A stretch of DNA of 64,000 bases, taken from contig OY782882.1 of the NCBI GenBank assembly GCA_963678485.1, positions 1,754,922 through 1,818,921 on the forward strand, written 5' to 3'. The DNA comes from Bacteroidales bacterium. GTDB lineage: Bacteria > Bacteroidota > Bacteroidia > Bacteroidales > CAIWKO01. The translations under genes and the position numbers were made by a program. Below the pieces are notes generated by a model, which ran no database searches, had not been told where the DNA came from, and worked only from the letters and a program-made list of their open reading frames with translations. Positions 38,321 through 48,351 of this stretch are shown one piece after another (within the stretch, counting starts at the first letter, position 1; every line of letters begins with the position of its first letter).

Positions 38321-38914
38321 CTACAGTGTCCCAAAATCAGGGACATCTTCCCTGACCACCACAGCTGTTCCAATAAAAGCGTTGTTCCCTATACGTACGC
38401 CCGGGTGCACAACGACGTTGGTGCCGATAAAACTGTAATCGCCCACACTGCAAGGTCCGATGAGGGTCGTCATAGAAGCCACAGACACATAGTTGCCCAA
38501 CTTCACATCATGACCAATAACTGAGTTTGCGTGCAGGGTGCAGGATTTCCCGAATTCAATATTATGAGCAATCACTACTCCCGGTTGAACAATAATGGGT
38601 GCCTCAATACTGATTAGTGCACTAATGTATGACTTTGAAGAAATCAGCGGCGCCATCTTACCACCCCACTGTTCAATCTTAACTGCCATTTTTTCGCGCA
38701 TACGATTATTGCCAACAGTAGCAATGAAATTTGAACCATGCTGCTGAAAATGGGCACGAACGGCCTCTTCCGTTTTTAATACAGGGAATTTTTCATATAA
38801 AAAATCAGGAAGCGAGGGATTATCATCATAAAACACCACTGGCTTATCATAACCATCATAGATAAGCATATCCAGACTGTGTTTCCCCAAGTTGCCGGCA
38901 CCTGCGATTAACAT
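38321..38914 (-). CDS. sugar N/O-acetyltransferase, NeuD/PglD family (left-handed beta-helix)
   Basis: 197 aa. N-terminal MLIAGAGNLGKH Rossmann-like domain, followed by hexapeptide repeats (IGHDVKLGNYVSVA..IGTNVVVHPGVRIGNNAFIG). Confidence 0.8.
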   Translation of the reverse strand: MLIAGAGNLGKHSLDMLIYDGYDKPVVFYDDNPSLPDFLYEKFPVLKTEEAVRAHFQQHGSNFIATVGNNRMREKMAVKIEQWGGKMAPLISSKSYISALISIEAPIIVQPGVVIAHNIEFGKSCTLHANSVIGHDVKLGNYVSVASMTTLIGPCSVGDYSFIGTNVVVHPGVRIGNNAFIGTAVVVREDVPDFGTL

Positions 38915-38917
38915 AAG

Positions 38918-40015
38918 CTATTTTATTGGTTGAAGTTTTCCGCAAATATAATTCAAGTCCTCGTCCCACATGAATGTATGCAAAGGTAAGGTCAACACCT
39001 TATCACAAAAAGGCTGTGCTGCCACGATACCCTCTGCAATATATGCATGATCACGGAACATCGCATATGAATATAAGGGTCGCGGATAGTGTATCATCGT
39101 TTGTATGCCTCTCTTTTCAAGGAAAAGCTTAAGATCGTTTCGGTCTTTTGCAAGAACAACATACTTATGATTGTTATATATTTCGTTGGGAGAAATCAAT
39201 ACTTTGATCTGCTCTTTTCCATTAAGAGTCTTCGCATATAACTGCCCACACTTGATTCTGGCGCTAACGATTTCGTCGAGAACATCCAGTTGAGCATCTA
39301 ACAATTTTGCCTGAAGTGTGCTAATTCGGCTATTGTAGCCATGTTCAAAGTGATCCTGCCCGGCTTTTCCATGATACCTCAGCTTATGAATTTTCGCTGC
39401 AATTGCCGCATCATCAGTAAGTACGGCACCTCCAGAGCCAAATGCGTGAACTACTTTTGTGGGATCAAAACTTAAACAAGCAATGGTACCAAGACTACCT
39501 GCCACTGCCCCACCCCGCGAACTTCCCAGCGATTGCGCAGCATCTTCGATGTAGGGAATCTGATACGTTTCCACGAGCGCCTTCACTTTTTGCGGATCGG
39601 GCAGATTGCCATAAAGGTCCACACCTATGACGGCTTTCGGTTTATGTTGCTGCACCAATTGCTCAAGATGTGATAAGGAAATAAGCCCGGTTTCAGCATC
39701 AACATCTGCAAATACAGGAACTGCTCCAGCCCGCAACACTGGCGTTACCGTGGCAACAAAGGAAACAGCAGGAACAATGATTTTATCACCAACCTGAACG
39801 CCAAGAGCCACTAATGCAAAAAACAATGCATCGGTACAACTACCAACCGTGACAGCATAAGACCGATGACAGAGCATCGAAAGCTTTCGTTCAAAATCAG
39901 CGATTACAGCCTCATCAACATATTGACCTGAAGCAAGTGTTTCCAGTCCTATGGCGTCAAACCTGTCCTTATACATAGCATACAGGCGGTCGAGACGGTA
40001 AAAAGGGATGTTCAT
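38918..40015 (-). CDS. DegT/DnrJ/EryC1/StrS family sugar aminotransferase
   Basis: 365 aa. The PLP-Lys context is LSFDPTKVVHAFGSGGAVLT, and overall family motifs are present. Confidence 0.85.
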   Translation of the reverse strand: MNIPFYRLDRLYAMYKDRFDAIGLETLASGQYVDEAVIADFERKLSMLCHRSYAVTVGSCTDALFFALVALGVQVGDKIIVPAVSFVATVTPVLRAGAVPVFADVDAETGLISLSHLEQLVQQHKPKAVIGVDLYGNLPDPQKVKALVETYQIPYIEDAAQSLGSSRGGAVAGSLGTIACLSFDPTKVVHAFGSGGAVLTDDAAIAAKIHKLRYHGKAGQDHFEHGYNSRISTLQAKLLDAQLDVLDEIVSARIKCGQLYAKTLNGKEQIKVLISPNEIYNNHKYVVLAKDRNDLKLFLEKRGIQTMIHYPRPLYSYAMFRDHAYIAEGIVAAQPFCDKVLTLPLHTFMWDEDLNYICGKLQPIK

Positions 40016-40094
40016 ATAAGCATTGCAATAGTTGTGGTAAAGATACTAAGATTTGAGCATTCGATTATTCGATATAATATACATATTGATAAAT

Positions 40095-40104
40095 GGACAT
40101 TCTA
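40095..40104. repeat. target-site duplication (left) of IS element
   Basis: ggacattcta lies immediately outside the left IR and is repeated identically at 41355-41364. Confidence 0.8.
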
Positions 40105-41354
40105 CAGGGCAAACGCATCTAATTTTCCAGAACAGTAAGAAGATAGTCATTATCCCAGCCGGCTTTGAGTCTTTTACCCTTCACACTTCTTCTGGATGAT
40201 TTTTCTTTTTTAAGCAAATTAAGAGCAATGCGATTAAGCAGGGATGCATTGTGAGCAGCATTACCAGCTCGCTTTCTGTTTTTGTCTTCAAGAAAGGCTA
40301 CATCTAATACCCAGTGCAAACTATTCTCAATTCCCCAGTGAGAACGTATGCATCGACCAATAGACTCTGCGTCAGAATTAGCACTGGTAATATAATAGCG
40401 TGTTTCAGTTTCAGTTTTTTGTGTTGCTTTATGAAACCTCTCTGCTTGCACCCGTGCTATAGCATGTAATTTCGGCCAACGATGAGCCTTATCCATTAAG
40501 CTAAAGTCACTAATGATGCTACAAACCCTTGTTTCAACCCGACCATGACCATAATCGACATCTTCCCAAACATCGATTGGTTTAAGCATGCGAAATGAGT
40601 CTTGTATATCCTCAAATAATTCGGGCTGATTTGCTTTAACCGCCAACAAGTAATCTGCGCTTTTGGATACAATTTTATTTGCGATATCCACTTGACAGCC
40701 CATGGCATCAATAGTTACAATGCTTCCTGATATTAACAGCGCATCAAGCAACGCAGGGATAGCTGTTATCTCATTTGATTTGTCTTCAACCTGAATTTGA
40801 CCAAGCGTAATCTGGTTTTCTTCAACCCATGCACTCACCATATGAATCGCCGATTTGGGACCTTTGCCTCTGCTTCCGCGAATAGTCTTTCCATCAATGC
40901 TAATTACTTTTCCTGTAGTTTGTTTTACTATATGTCTCGTCCAGTCAAGAAAACAAATCTCAAATGCATCAGGATCTAGGCTTGAGAAAAATCGATTGAA
41001 AGTATCATGCGAAGGAACACCATTTGGCAACTCGAGTATAGTCTTCAGCCATTCGATTTTTGAATGTCCGAAATCCTCCATTTCATCCCAGGTATCTGCA
41101 CCACATAAAACAGATGCAATACTAATAAATACTATGTCTTCGGCTAAATGCAATTTTGTTCTGTCAATTCTATGATCTGGTAAAGATGCGAAAAAAGACA
41201 ATACGCTGGATTCTGCTTTCATTGTTTATGTTTTATATTGTTGTATATCAGACAAATATACAACTTTTGATTCAATAAACAATGATTAAGATATTAACAT
41301 TCAGCGTGTTAACAACTATTAGCCAGTAGGTAATTATTTAGATGCGTTTGCCCT
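40105..41354 (-). mobile_element. ISAs1-family insertion sequence (1250 bp) with 18-bp terminal inverted repeats
   Basis: The left end cagggcaaacgcatctaa (40105-40122) is the exact reverse complement of the right end ttagatgcgtttgccctg (41337-41354). It carries a single transposase ORF and is flanked by a 10-bp direct repeat. Confidence 0.85.
40119..41222 (-). CDS. ISAs1 family transposase (H-repeat-associated type)
   Basis: 367 aa. The N-terminus FFASLPDHRIDRTKLHLAEDIVFISIASVLCGADTWDEMEDFG is diagnostic of the family as I remember it, and a DDE-type C-terminal half follows. Confidence 0.85.
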   Translation of the reverse strand: MKAESSVLSFFASLPDHRIDRTKLHLAEDIVFISIASVLCGADTWDEMEDFGHSKIEWLKTILELPNGVPSHDTFNRFFSSLDPDAFEICFLDWTRHIVKQTTGKVISIDGKTIRGSRGKGPKSAIHMVSAWVEENQITLGQIQVEDKSNEITAIPALLDALLISGSIVTIDAMGCQVDIANKIVSKSADYLLAVKANQPELFEDIQDSFRMLKPIDVWEDVDYGHGRVETRVCSIISDFSLMDKAHRWPKLHAIARVQAERFHKATQKTETETRYYITSANSDAESIGRCIRSHWGIENSLHWVLDVAFLEDKNRKRAGNAAHNASLLNRIALNLLKKEKSSRRSVKGKRLKAGWDNDYLLTVLEN

Positions 41355-41364
41355 GGGACATTCT
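41355..41364. repeat. target-site duplication (right) of IS element
   Basis: ggacattcta, identical to 40095-40104. Confidence 0.8.
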
Positions 41365-41427
41365 ACTGAATAATTATCTTTTGTTTTGCTTACTTTTACA
41401 CTGCGAAAAACTAACCCTATCTATTAA

Positions 41428-42777
41428 ATGTCTGTCGATAAGCCCAAAGAAAAAAGAGGCTGGAAAGAATTCCTGAAATTTCTGCTTCTTTTTATTGTTA
41501 TTCTTGCCTTGCTGGAAGGCTTGTGTTTCTTACTGATTAAGGGTCTTTTCCCCAACTATGAAAACTATCCATACAATCGCATAGTATCCGGATCAACGCT
41601 CTTTTATAACACTCCCGGTTACAATTACGGAAGCTCAACAATAAAAAATTCACCCACTGAAAAAGACCTTTGTATAGACTCGAATGGGTTTGTTTGCGGA
41701 CATCCCTTGTTGATGCATAAACCCAAAGAGGTTATACGTATTTTTCTTATCGGCGGATCAGCCTTGTTTGGCTCAGGACAGAGCAGACCTTATGATCAAC
41801 TTTTTGCCTATCCTTCAGGAAATTACTCATGGGAATCCAGTATTGCCGGTTGTCTTCAGCGAAAGCTGGATTCGCTGGCACCAAACAAGAAATTTGAAGT
41901 TATAAATGCTGCCTGCTCAGGCTTTACAACAAAGCAGGCGTTGGCATTATATATTGAAAATATTTGTCGTTATCAGCCTGACTACCTTATTGAAATGGAC
42001 GGCATGAACGATTTGGGAAACATGATCTCAGGAAGAGAAATCGACATGAACGAGATAATGTTCAGGAATTACTTTGAATTAGCTACACGAAATAAAAATT
42101 TGCTTGGATTGAACATGATAAAAATCGTTCAACTGCTGCAATCCCGCATGCTTGAAAAGCGCACGGAGAAGGTCTCTCAATCATTAATTGCGTCAAAGCT
42201 TTCGTACCATCCCGAAAAATTTACACTTGAGCAAGCGACCAACATCTATACTCCATTGAGCGAAAATTTCAGCGAATACTGCAGGCTAGTTAATCGCTAC
42301 GCTGCAGTAGTAAAAGCAGATTCGGTGAAATTTATTTACGTATTGCAACCCATGCTTAATCGCGTCAAAACCAATAAAACCCTAAGCCAAACTGAGCAGA
42401 AATTTGCAACCACGATTGACCCGATTACAGCACCCGAAGAACAAATAAACAGCTTCACCGTAGCAAATATCCACGGACAAAAGATGAGTTCATATGACAT
42501 TCTGCATTTGATGTTACTTTATGCCTTCGATCTTGGCTTTTCCGATTCGCTGAAAACCACAATTGAAAAGCAGTCTGCGCTATACATTGATGGAAATCAA
42601 GCCATACAGGGACTTGGAAACAATGTCGAATTCTACACCGATTACTGCCATTTAACACCGCAAGGAAATAAATTGATGGCCGGAACCATTGCATCTGCCA
42701 TACTATCTCAAATCCCACAACTATGGGCTAAAGAGGATTCTCTTGCCCGGGCTGAACGACCGATTAAAAAGAAATAA
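41428..42777 (+). CDS. membrane-anchored SGNH/GDSL-type hydrolase or acyl-esterase
   Basis: 449 aa with an N-terminal TM helix (FLLLFIVILALLEGLCFLLI). SGNH blocks are IFLIGGSALFGSG, DGMNDLGN and DYCHLTPQG. Confidence 0.6.
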   Translation: MSVDKPKEKRGWKEFLKFLLLFIVILALLEGLCFLLIKGLFPNYENYPYNRIVSGSTLFYNTPGYNYGSSTIKNSPTEKDLCIDSNGFVCGHPLLMHKPKEVIRIFLIGGSALFGSGQSRPYDQLFAYPSGNYSWESSIAGCLQRKLDSLAPNKKFEVINAACSGFTTKQALALYIENICRYQPDYLIEMDGMNDLGNMISGREIDMNEIMFRNYFELATRNKNLLGLNMIKIVQLLQSRMLEKRTEKVSQSLIASKLSYHPEKFTLEQATNIYTPLSENFSEYCRLVNRYAAVVKADSVKFIYVLQPMLNRVKTNKTLSQTEQKFATTIDPITAPEEQINSFTVANIHGQKMSSYDILHLMLLYAFDLGFSDSLKTTIEKQSALYIDGNQAIQGLGNNVEFYTDYCHLTPQGNKLMAGTIASAILSQIPQLWAKEDSLARAERPIKKK

Positions 42778-42811
42778 TGACAATCATTGCCATCACTGAT
42801 TACACAACTTA

Positions 42812-45076
42812 ATGTCGCACATTAAAAAAAATAGTTGGCGCTTTCGCTTGATAATGGCGGCTTTTGCAGGAGCAATTGTTGTTTCAATAGTTTCCATTTT
42901 CTACATTACATCATCGCCGATATTTCTTCCAGTTAATATCGCTGTATCCGGTGCATCACAAGAAGAATTAAAAAATATACATTTTTTCGGCGAAAAGCCT
43001 TTTGGCGGAGATTACGAAATCCCTCGTCCCTGCTGCAGATGGAAAGGTGAAGAAGCTTTTTATAAAGCAATAAGAGTAGAGTTACCCGAGACGCTGAACA
43101 CCGGAAACATTGTGATTCGCATAGAAGCTGGCGGTGATGTTTCAAATTACAATATTGGTGAGCTGAAACCTGTTCCATCAAACAAATCAGGCTTCAACGG
43201 CTTTCATCTGAACCCAGTGATTAAAAGTCCGGGCAGTTTTTCAGATAAGCTGCTGATGTTTGTTTCAAAACCTATGATTCCATATGCTGCCCTCGCCTTC
43301 ATTCTTTTTATTCTAATTCTTCTTCTATGGAACAAGCTTAGCCGTATCCCAACGGTGTATAAAAAAGTGAAGGAGCATCTTCTTCTTTTCATTGAAAGTA
43401 CTATAAAATCCAAACAACGCTTAATACTATTCTGTAGCATTTCAGGCATTTGCCTGAGTATAGGCTTCGGAGTCGGGGTGCATTTTTCTGATGCTGCCGG
43501 CACAGCAAATCTTCCGGATTCTTACGACTATCAGGCCATTGCCGTTAACTATGCTGTTGGAAATGAATTTCCGGTTTCAGGAATCACCCACCCTGTTGAG
43601 ACCTACAAATACGATACATTAAGCCCAGAAACACTTGCAAAACTGCATCAAACTTCGGGTTTTCTAAGCCTGCACCGCGCTCCAGTCTTCAGCCTGTTCT
43701 GCGGACTGATTTATAAAGCGGTCGGAATTCATCCTGTTGTAATCAAGTATATTTTACTCATATTATTATGCTTTACTTGTGTTTTCATTATATATGCAGC
43801 ATCAACTATTTTTGGAACAAAGGGCTTTGTGGCCGGAAACATTAGCGGCATTGCGCTTATAATTCTAAATTATCATGATGCTGATATTCTTTCACCGGGC
43901 AGCATATTTATCTCCCTATGGGTTGTGCTTGCCTTTTATTTGTTTTTCAGGTATTTGAAGGAACCCGGATTTATCAGGGTTATCCTCTTAGCCGTGCTTT
44001 TTGCCTCCAGCTGGCTGACTACCTACTCATTAATGCTGGTGCCCGGATTTTTTATTTTGTCATTATTTATCCTTGCCCTTCGTAGAAAAAGCAGCAAGCT
44101 CTTTTTACATCTGATTGTTCACGTGCTGGTATTAATTGCAGTGCTGTTGCCATGGCAGATTAAAGTCAACAGCGAATTGAAGCAATTAAAACCCGGACTT
44201 GAACAAATTAAAACTCTGGCGCTTGATACATTGCAGTCGCAGGAAAGCAAGCAGCAGAAGGCGAATCAAATCTTTCCCCTATTTGGCTCAAGGCTCATCC
44301 CGGACTCAAGTTTCAACGGAAAAGAAATTAGCGTTTTGCAACGTTCCATTTTACCATCCACACGACAGAACGGTTATTATCCCAATCCGGGCATTAGTGA
44401 GGACATGAACCAAATGGCCTTTCTTGAAGACATTCGTTGTTCACCCGATTATGTTTTTCTCTTTCTACCCAAACCAAATCATGAAGCCTTAAGCTGTCAT
44501 AATGAATTTGTTGCTAAGGGAATGATTGCGCAGGATTGGCGGCTAAAGAATTGTTTTTATACTCGTCAGGACACCACCAACACCAATGATGTTTCGCGGA
44601 TAGCCGGCTTCTATCGAGAGAATCCGGATATGCTATTCCTGTTGTCAAACGACAAATTAACTGCTGCCTTTGGTTCATATAATGAGCTTCTGGCCTTATT
44701 CTGTCTGAGTCTTGGAATATTATTTCTGATGCTGCTTCAACAAAAAAAACTAAAGACAAACAAACTGTTCGTTAAAATATTGGCGCTGGGACTACCTTTT
44801 GCCTTGCTCGCGTCCTTGCATTATATCTCATGGCTCTACATTGTAATCCTAATCATATTTTCGCTTTCGCTGATAATAAAGCCCTGGCTAACGACTTCCT
44901 CAACCTTTGACCGCATCACTGGATTTTTCTTTTTGAATTATATCGTTATAGTGGTGATTGCTTACGGAATCGACCGCTACGTTCAACCTTTGCAGTTCCT
45001 GATGCTATTCCTTGCCGTGTATGTTCACTTGATTTTTATTGGAAAATTTCGTGAGCTCTTCAGGAAGAAGGAATGA
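42812..45076 (+). CDS. polytopic membrane protein, GT-C fold (ArnT/PMT-like) glycosyltransferase (putative)
   Basis: 754 aa with many TM helices. The first-loop motif LPDSYDYQAIAVNYAVGNEF resembles the ArnT/PMT DExxY loop. A long soluble insert lies between TM blocks. Confidence 0.5.
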   Translation: MSHIKKNSWRFRLIMAAFAGAIVVSIVSIFYITSSPIFLPVNIAVSGASQEELKNIHFFGEKPFGGDYEIPRPCCRWKGEEAFYKAIRVELPETLNTGNIVIRIEAGGDVSNYNIGELKPVPSNKSGFNGFHLNPVIKSPGSFSDKLLMFVSKPMIPYAALAFILFILILLLWNKLSRIPTVYKKVKEHLLLFIESTIKSKQRLILFCSISGICLSIGFGVGVHFSDAAGTANLPDSYDYQAIAVNYAVGNEFPVSGITHPVETYKYDTLSPETLAKLHQTSGFLSLHRAPVFSLFCGLIYKAVGIHPVVIKYILLILLCFTCVFIIYAASTIFGTKGFVAGNISGIALIILNYHDADILSPGSIFISLWVVLAFYLFFRYLKEPGFIRVILLAVLFASSWLTTYSLMLVPGFFILSLFILALRRKSSKLFLHLIVHVLVLIAVLLPWQIKVNSELKQLKPGLEQIKTLALDTLQSQESKQQKANQIFPLFGSRLIPDSSFNGKEISVLQRSILPSTRQNGYYPNPGISEDMNQMAFLEDIRCSPDYVFLFLPKPNHEALSCHNEFVAKGMIAQDWRLKNCFYTRQDTTNTNDVSRIAGFYRENPDMLFLLSNDKLTAAFGSYNELLALFCLSLGILFLMLLQQKKLKTNKLFVKILALGLPFALLASLHYISWLYIVILIIFSLSLIIKPWLTTSSTFDRITGFFFLNYIVIVVIAYGIDRYVQPLQFLMLFLAVYVHLIFIGKFRELFRKKE

Positions 45077-45154
45077 TCTATTGTTCCTGATTCTATTCAA
45101 AACTTGCCATCCTCATTACAAATCCCTAATTTTGTTATCCAAACCCGCCCAATA

Positions 45155-46576
45155 ATGGTCGAAACCAACACTTCTGATTATTGCTTGCTGATAATACCTC
45201 CCTTTCAATCGGGCAAAGGCAGTATTCTGAAGTCGTTCAATTACTCTATGCCTCCACTAGGCCTGCTTTCGATTGCAGCATGGTTGCGGCATAACGGAAT
45301 ACGGGTTTCCTTGCTTGATTTCAGCATAGAAGATACGCAGCATAAAACGCTGGACAACCTCCTTGAGGAACATGCCGAAGAACACGGCAATCCGCAATGG
45401 ATTGGAATTTCGGTGTGTACGCCTGTTGCCTATGAGGCCTACAAGGTGGCTGATCTTTGTAAGAAAAAATATTCTGAAAGCACCATTGTTCTTGGCGGAC
45501 CGCATATAACAGTGATTGGCGAACAGGTATTTTCGGAATGTACAACTGCAGATTATCTAATTACCGGCGAAGGAGAATATGCTTTGTGCAATTTGATTAA
45601 GCAACACGATTTGAGTGCTCCAAACTTACTATGCAGAGATGTTCACAAAAATCTTGTGAAGGTTGAAGAAACGCTGGTGGATCTGGACACCCTGCCAATG
45701 CCGGCGTACGACTTACTTAAGTTTGATCGCTATGTGCCACCGCCATCTTCCCTTCATAGCCGACAGCCAGGAATTGGCATTATGACCACGCGAGGCTGTC
45801 CGTTCAAATGCACCTTCTGCGCGAAGATCGCGGGTTCCAAATTGAGATTGACACCTGTTCCAATGGTCATTGAACAGCTGATATATCTAAAAGATCGATT
45901 TAATATTAAGCAATTTCATTTTTACGACGATACTATTTCCTGCAATAGAAAGTACATTATTGACCTTTGCCAGACGATTATTGATAAAAAGCTAAACATC
46001 CACTGGTCTTGCTTTGCGAGGGTCGACACGGTAGATCACGAGGTGCTCAGCATCATGAAAAAGGCCGGTTGCTTCATTATTATGTATGGGGTGGAAAGTC
46101 TTGATGAGGATATTTTGCAGAGCTTTAATAAAGGCATTACAGTTCCACAGATAAAGGCCGCTTTAAATGCAACGCGTAGTGTCGGCATCGAATCACGTAT
46201 TTCGCTGATCATCGGAAACCCTAAGGACACGCGGGAAACACTGCAAAAAACGAAAAAGGAAACCCTTAAATTAAAAACTGATTTCCTACAGGTTTTTATC
46301 GCGATTCCTATGCCCGGCTCTCAGTTTTACATTGAAGCCAAAGCCGAAAACAGAGTTCTTAGTGAAAACTGGGAGGACTTCAATCTATCCAAAGTTCTTT
46401 ACAAACATCCACTCTTCAGCGAGAAAGAATTATTCAAAATTCAGCGTCAATTCTATCTTTCATTTTATTTACGATTCAGCATAATTTTTAGATATCTCTT
46501 AAAAATAAATTCATGGAATGCATTAAAAAATGTATTTATGGGCTTTAAAGGATTTTTGAAGATAGTGTCGGTTTAG
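45155..46576 (+). CDS. B12-binding domain radical SAM enzyme (B1)
   Basis: N-terminal cobalamin-binding-like Rossmann domain (LLIIPPF...GISVCTP...VLGGPHIT...ITGEGE), then TRGCPFKCTFC. The C-terminal tail is hydrophobic or amphipathic. The ATG at 45155 is preferred over the TTG at 45104. Confidence 0.85.
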   Translation: MVETNTSDYCLLIIPPFQSGKGSILKSFNYSMPPLGLLSIAAWLRHNGIRVSLLDFSIEDTQHKTLDNLLEEHAEEHGNPQWIGISVCTPVAYEAYKVADLCKKKYSESTIVLGGPHITVIGEQVFSECTTADYLITGEGEYALCNLIKQHDLSAPNLLCRDVHKNLVKVEETLVDLDTLPMPAYDLLKFDRYVPPPSSLHSRQPGIGIMTTRGCPFKCTFCAKIAGSKLRLTPVPMVIEQLIYLKDRFNIKQFHFYDDTISCNRKYIIDLCQTIIDKKLNIHWSCFARVDTVDHEVLSIMKKAGCFIIMYGVESLDEDILQSFNKGITVPQIKAALNATRSVGIESRISLIIGNPKDTRETLQKTKKETLKLKTDFLQVFIAIPMPGSQFYIEAKAENRVLSENWEDFNLSKVLYKHPLFSEKELFKIQRQFYLSFYLRFSIIFRYLLKINSWNALKNVFMGFKGFLKIVSV

Positions 46577-46765
46577 AAAGAAAGAACTATTGAATAATAA
46601 TTATAAATAATAAAAAGGGATGATGGATGCGGTTTCCGGTTTGAGTAACGAAAATCATTGCATCATTGCATGGTCCAGAATCCCCTTGATTAGCGCGTTG
46701 GACTAGGAAGAACATCAATCAGCATTAAAGACTCTTTAGAACAATTGACTTTCCATTAATAGAAA

Positions 46766-48211
46766 ATGCAAACGCCCAGCACACATTACGATTTCATTTT
46801 TATTGTGCCTCATTACAGGGCGAAGGGTGGCTTTATTTGGAAAGCAATTGAATACCGCTTTCAGTCGCCGGGTGTATTGTCGATTGCAAGCTACCTTAAA
46901 AGCAAGGGCTATAATCCCTCCATCTTTGATTGCAATCTGGAGCAGATCAGCGAGGAATCCTTCGAAAAAGAATTTGATCGCAGATATGCTAATGCTACTT
47001 TCAGTTATATCGGCTTTAGCAGCGCTACACAAACCGTAAATCTTGCCTATCGTCAGGCGCAATTATTAAAAAATAAATACCCCCAAACGACCATTGTCTT
47101 TGGAGGAGCCCATGCGAGCGCACTTCCGAAGGATGTGCTGCAACATTCTTTTGTTGATTTGGTGGTGATGGGCGAAGGGGAACAGACAGCCTATAACATC
47201 CTTGCCGGAACTCCCCGCGAAGAAATTAAAGGCGTGGCTTTTCGCAATAAAGGAGAGATTGTGATTAATGCAGCTTCTGAGCGCATAAAAAATCTTGATG
47301 AACTGCCCGTGAATGCCTATGATCTGGTTCCAATGCATTTGTGCAAACCGCTGGTTGGAACCTATCAAAAACTGCCGGCGACCATTCTGGTTACCGCTCG
47401 CGGATGCCCCGGCCGCTGCACCTTTTGCAGCAGGGTTGTTGGAAACGCGCTCTGCGTGCAGAGTCCGGAACGCATTATAAAAGAAATTGAGGTCCTTTAT
47501 CACACTTATCATTTCCGACAGATAATTTTTTATGACGACACCTTCATTGCCGACAAACAGCGAATAGAAGCGTTTTGCGATTTACTGCTGCAATCAGGAA
47601 TGAAGATTAAATGGACCTGTTCTTCACGCGTGGATAAAGTGTATCCTGAACTATTGCGTAAAATGAAGCAGGCCGGATGTCATCAAATCATGTATGGTAT
47701 CGAAAGCTTTGATGCTGGCGTACTTCAGCGCATCAATAAAAAAACAAACAGCGAGGATATCTTTTTCGCGATCAATGAAACGCGTAAAGCCGGAATTGAA
47801 GCCAGAGCTGCTATCATGCTCGGAAACCCCGGAGATACGGTAGATATCCTCGAGGAGAATATCCGCCAATTGAAAAAACTTAACCCGGATCTTATTCAAG
47901 TCACCATCACTACGCCGCTTCCTGGTTCTATGATGTTTCATGATAAAGCCGCCGCTAACGAAATACTGACATACAACTGGGATCATTACGAAGGCTCTGA
48001 TAAAATTTTCGAACACGAGAATCTCAGTTTTGAGCAATTAAACCACTATTACAAAAAAACATATTTAAGGTTCTATCTGCGCCCTTCGTTCATTTTAAAA
48101 AGCATATTTAAGGTTACATCGTTTATGCGGATAAAAATGATGCTGATTGGCCTGGTTTCTATTGTTCCGATTATTTTCAGGTCCTCAAAAAAAACAAGCA
48201 ATACTATGTGA
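46766..48211 (+). CDS. B12-binding domain radical SAM enzyme (B2)
   Basis: 481 aa. FIFIVPHY...VFGGAHASA...VMGEGE, then ARGCPGRCTFC, with a hydrophobic C-terminal tail (MMLIGLVSIVPIIF). Confidence 0.85.
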   Translation: MQTPSTHYDFIFIVPHYRAKGGFIWKAIEYRFQSPGVLSIASYLKSKGYNPSIFDCNLEQISEESFEKEFDRRYANATFSYIGFSSATQTVNLAYRQAQLLKNKYPQTTIVFGGAHASALPKDVLQHSFVDLVVMGEGEQTAYNILAGTPREEIKGVAFRNKGEIVINAASERIKNLDELPVNAYDLVPMHLCKPLVGTYQKLPATILVTARGCPGRCTFCSRVVGNALCVQSPERIIKEIEVLYHTYHFRQIIFYDDTFIADKQRIEAFCDLLLQSGMKIKWTCSSRVDKVYPELLRKMKQAGCHQIMYGIESFDAGVLQRINKKTNSEDIFFAINETRKAGIEARAAIMLGNPGDTVDILEENIRQLKKLNPDLIQVTITTPLPGSMMFHDKAAANEILTYNWDHYEGSDKIFEHENLSFEQLNHYYKKTYLRFYLRPSFILKSIFKVTSFMRIKMMLIGLVSIVPIIFRSSKKTSNTM

Positions 48212-48351
48212 ATTGAACAATGAAGGAATCCCGCATCAATTGTTGGATGGCAAGTCCGATGGACAGCCGCTGACAAGAAATACAGCACTCCTACATCTTA
48301 ACAACTGACAAAACAAATTATTAAAACATCTTCAAAATAATCAGTAATACC

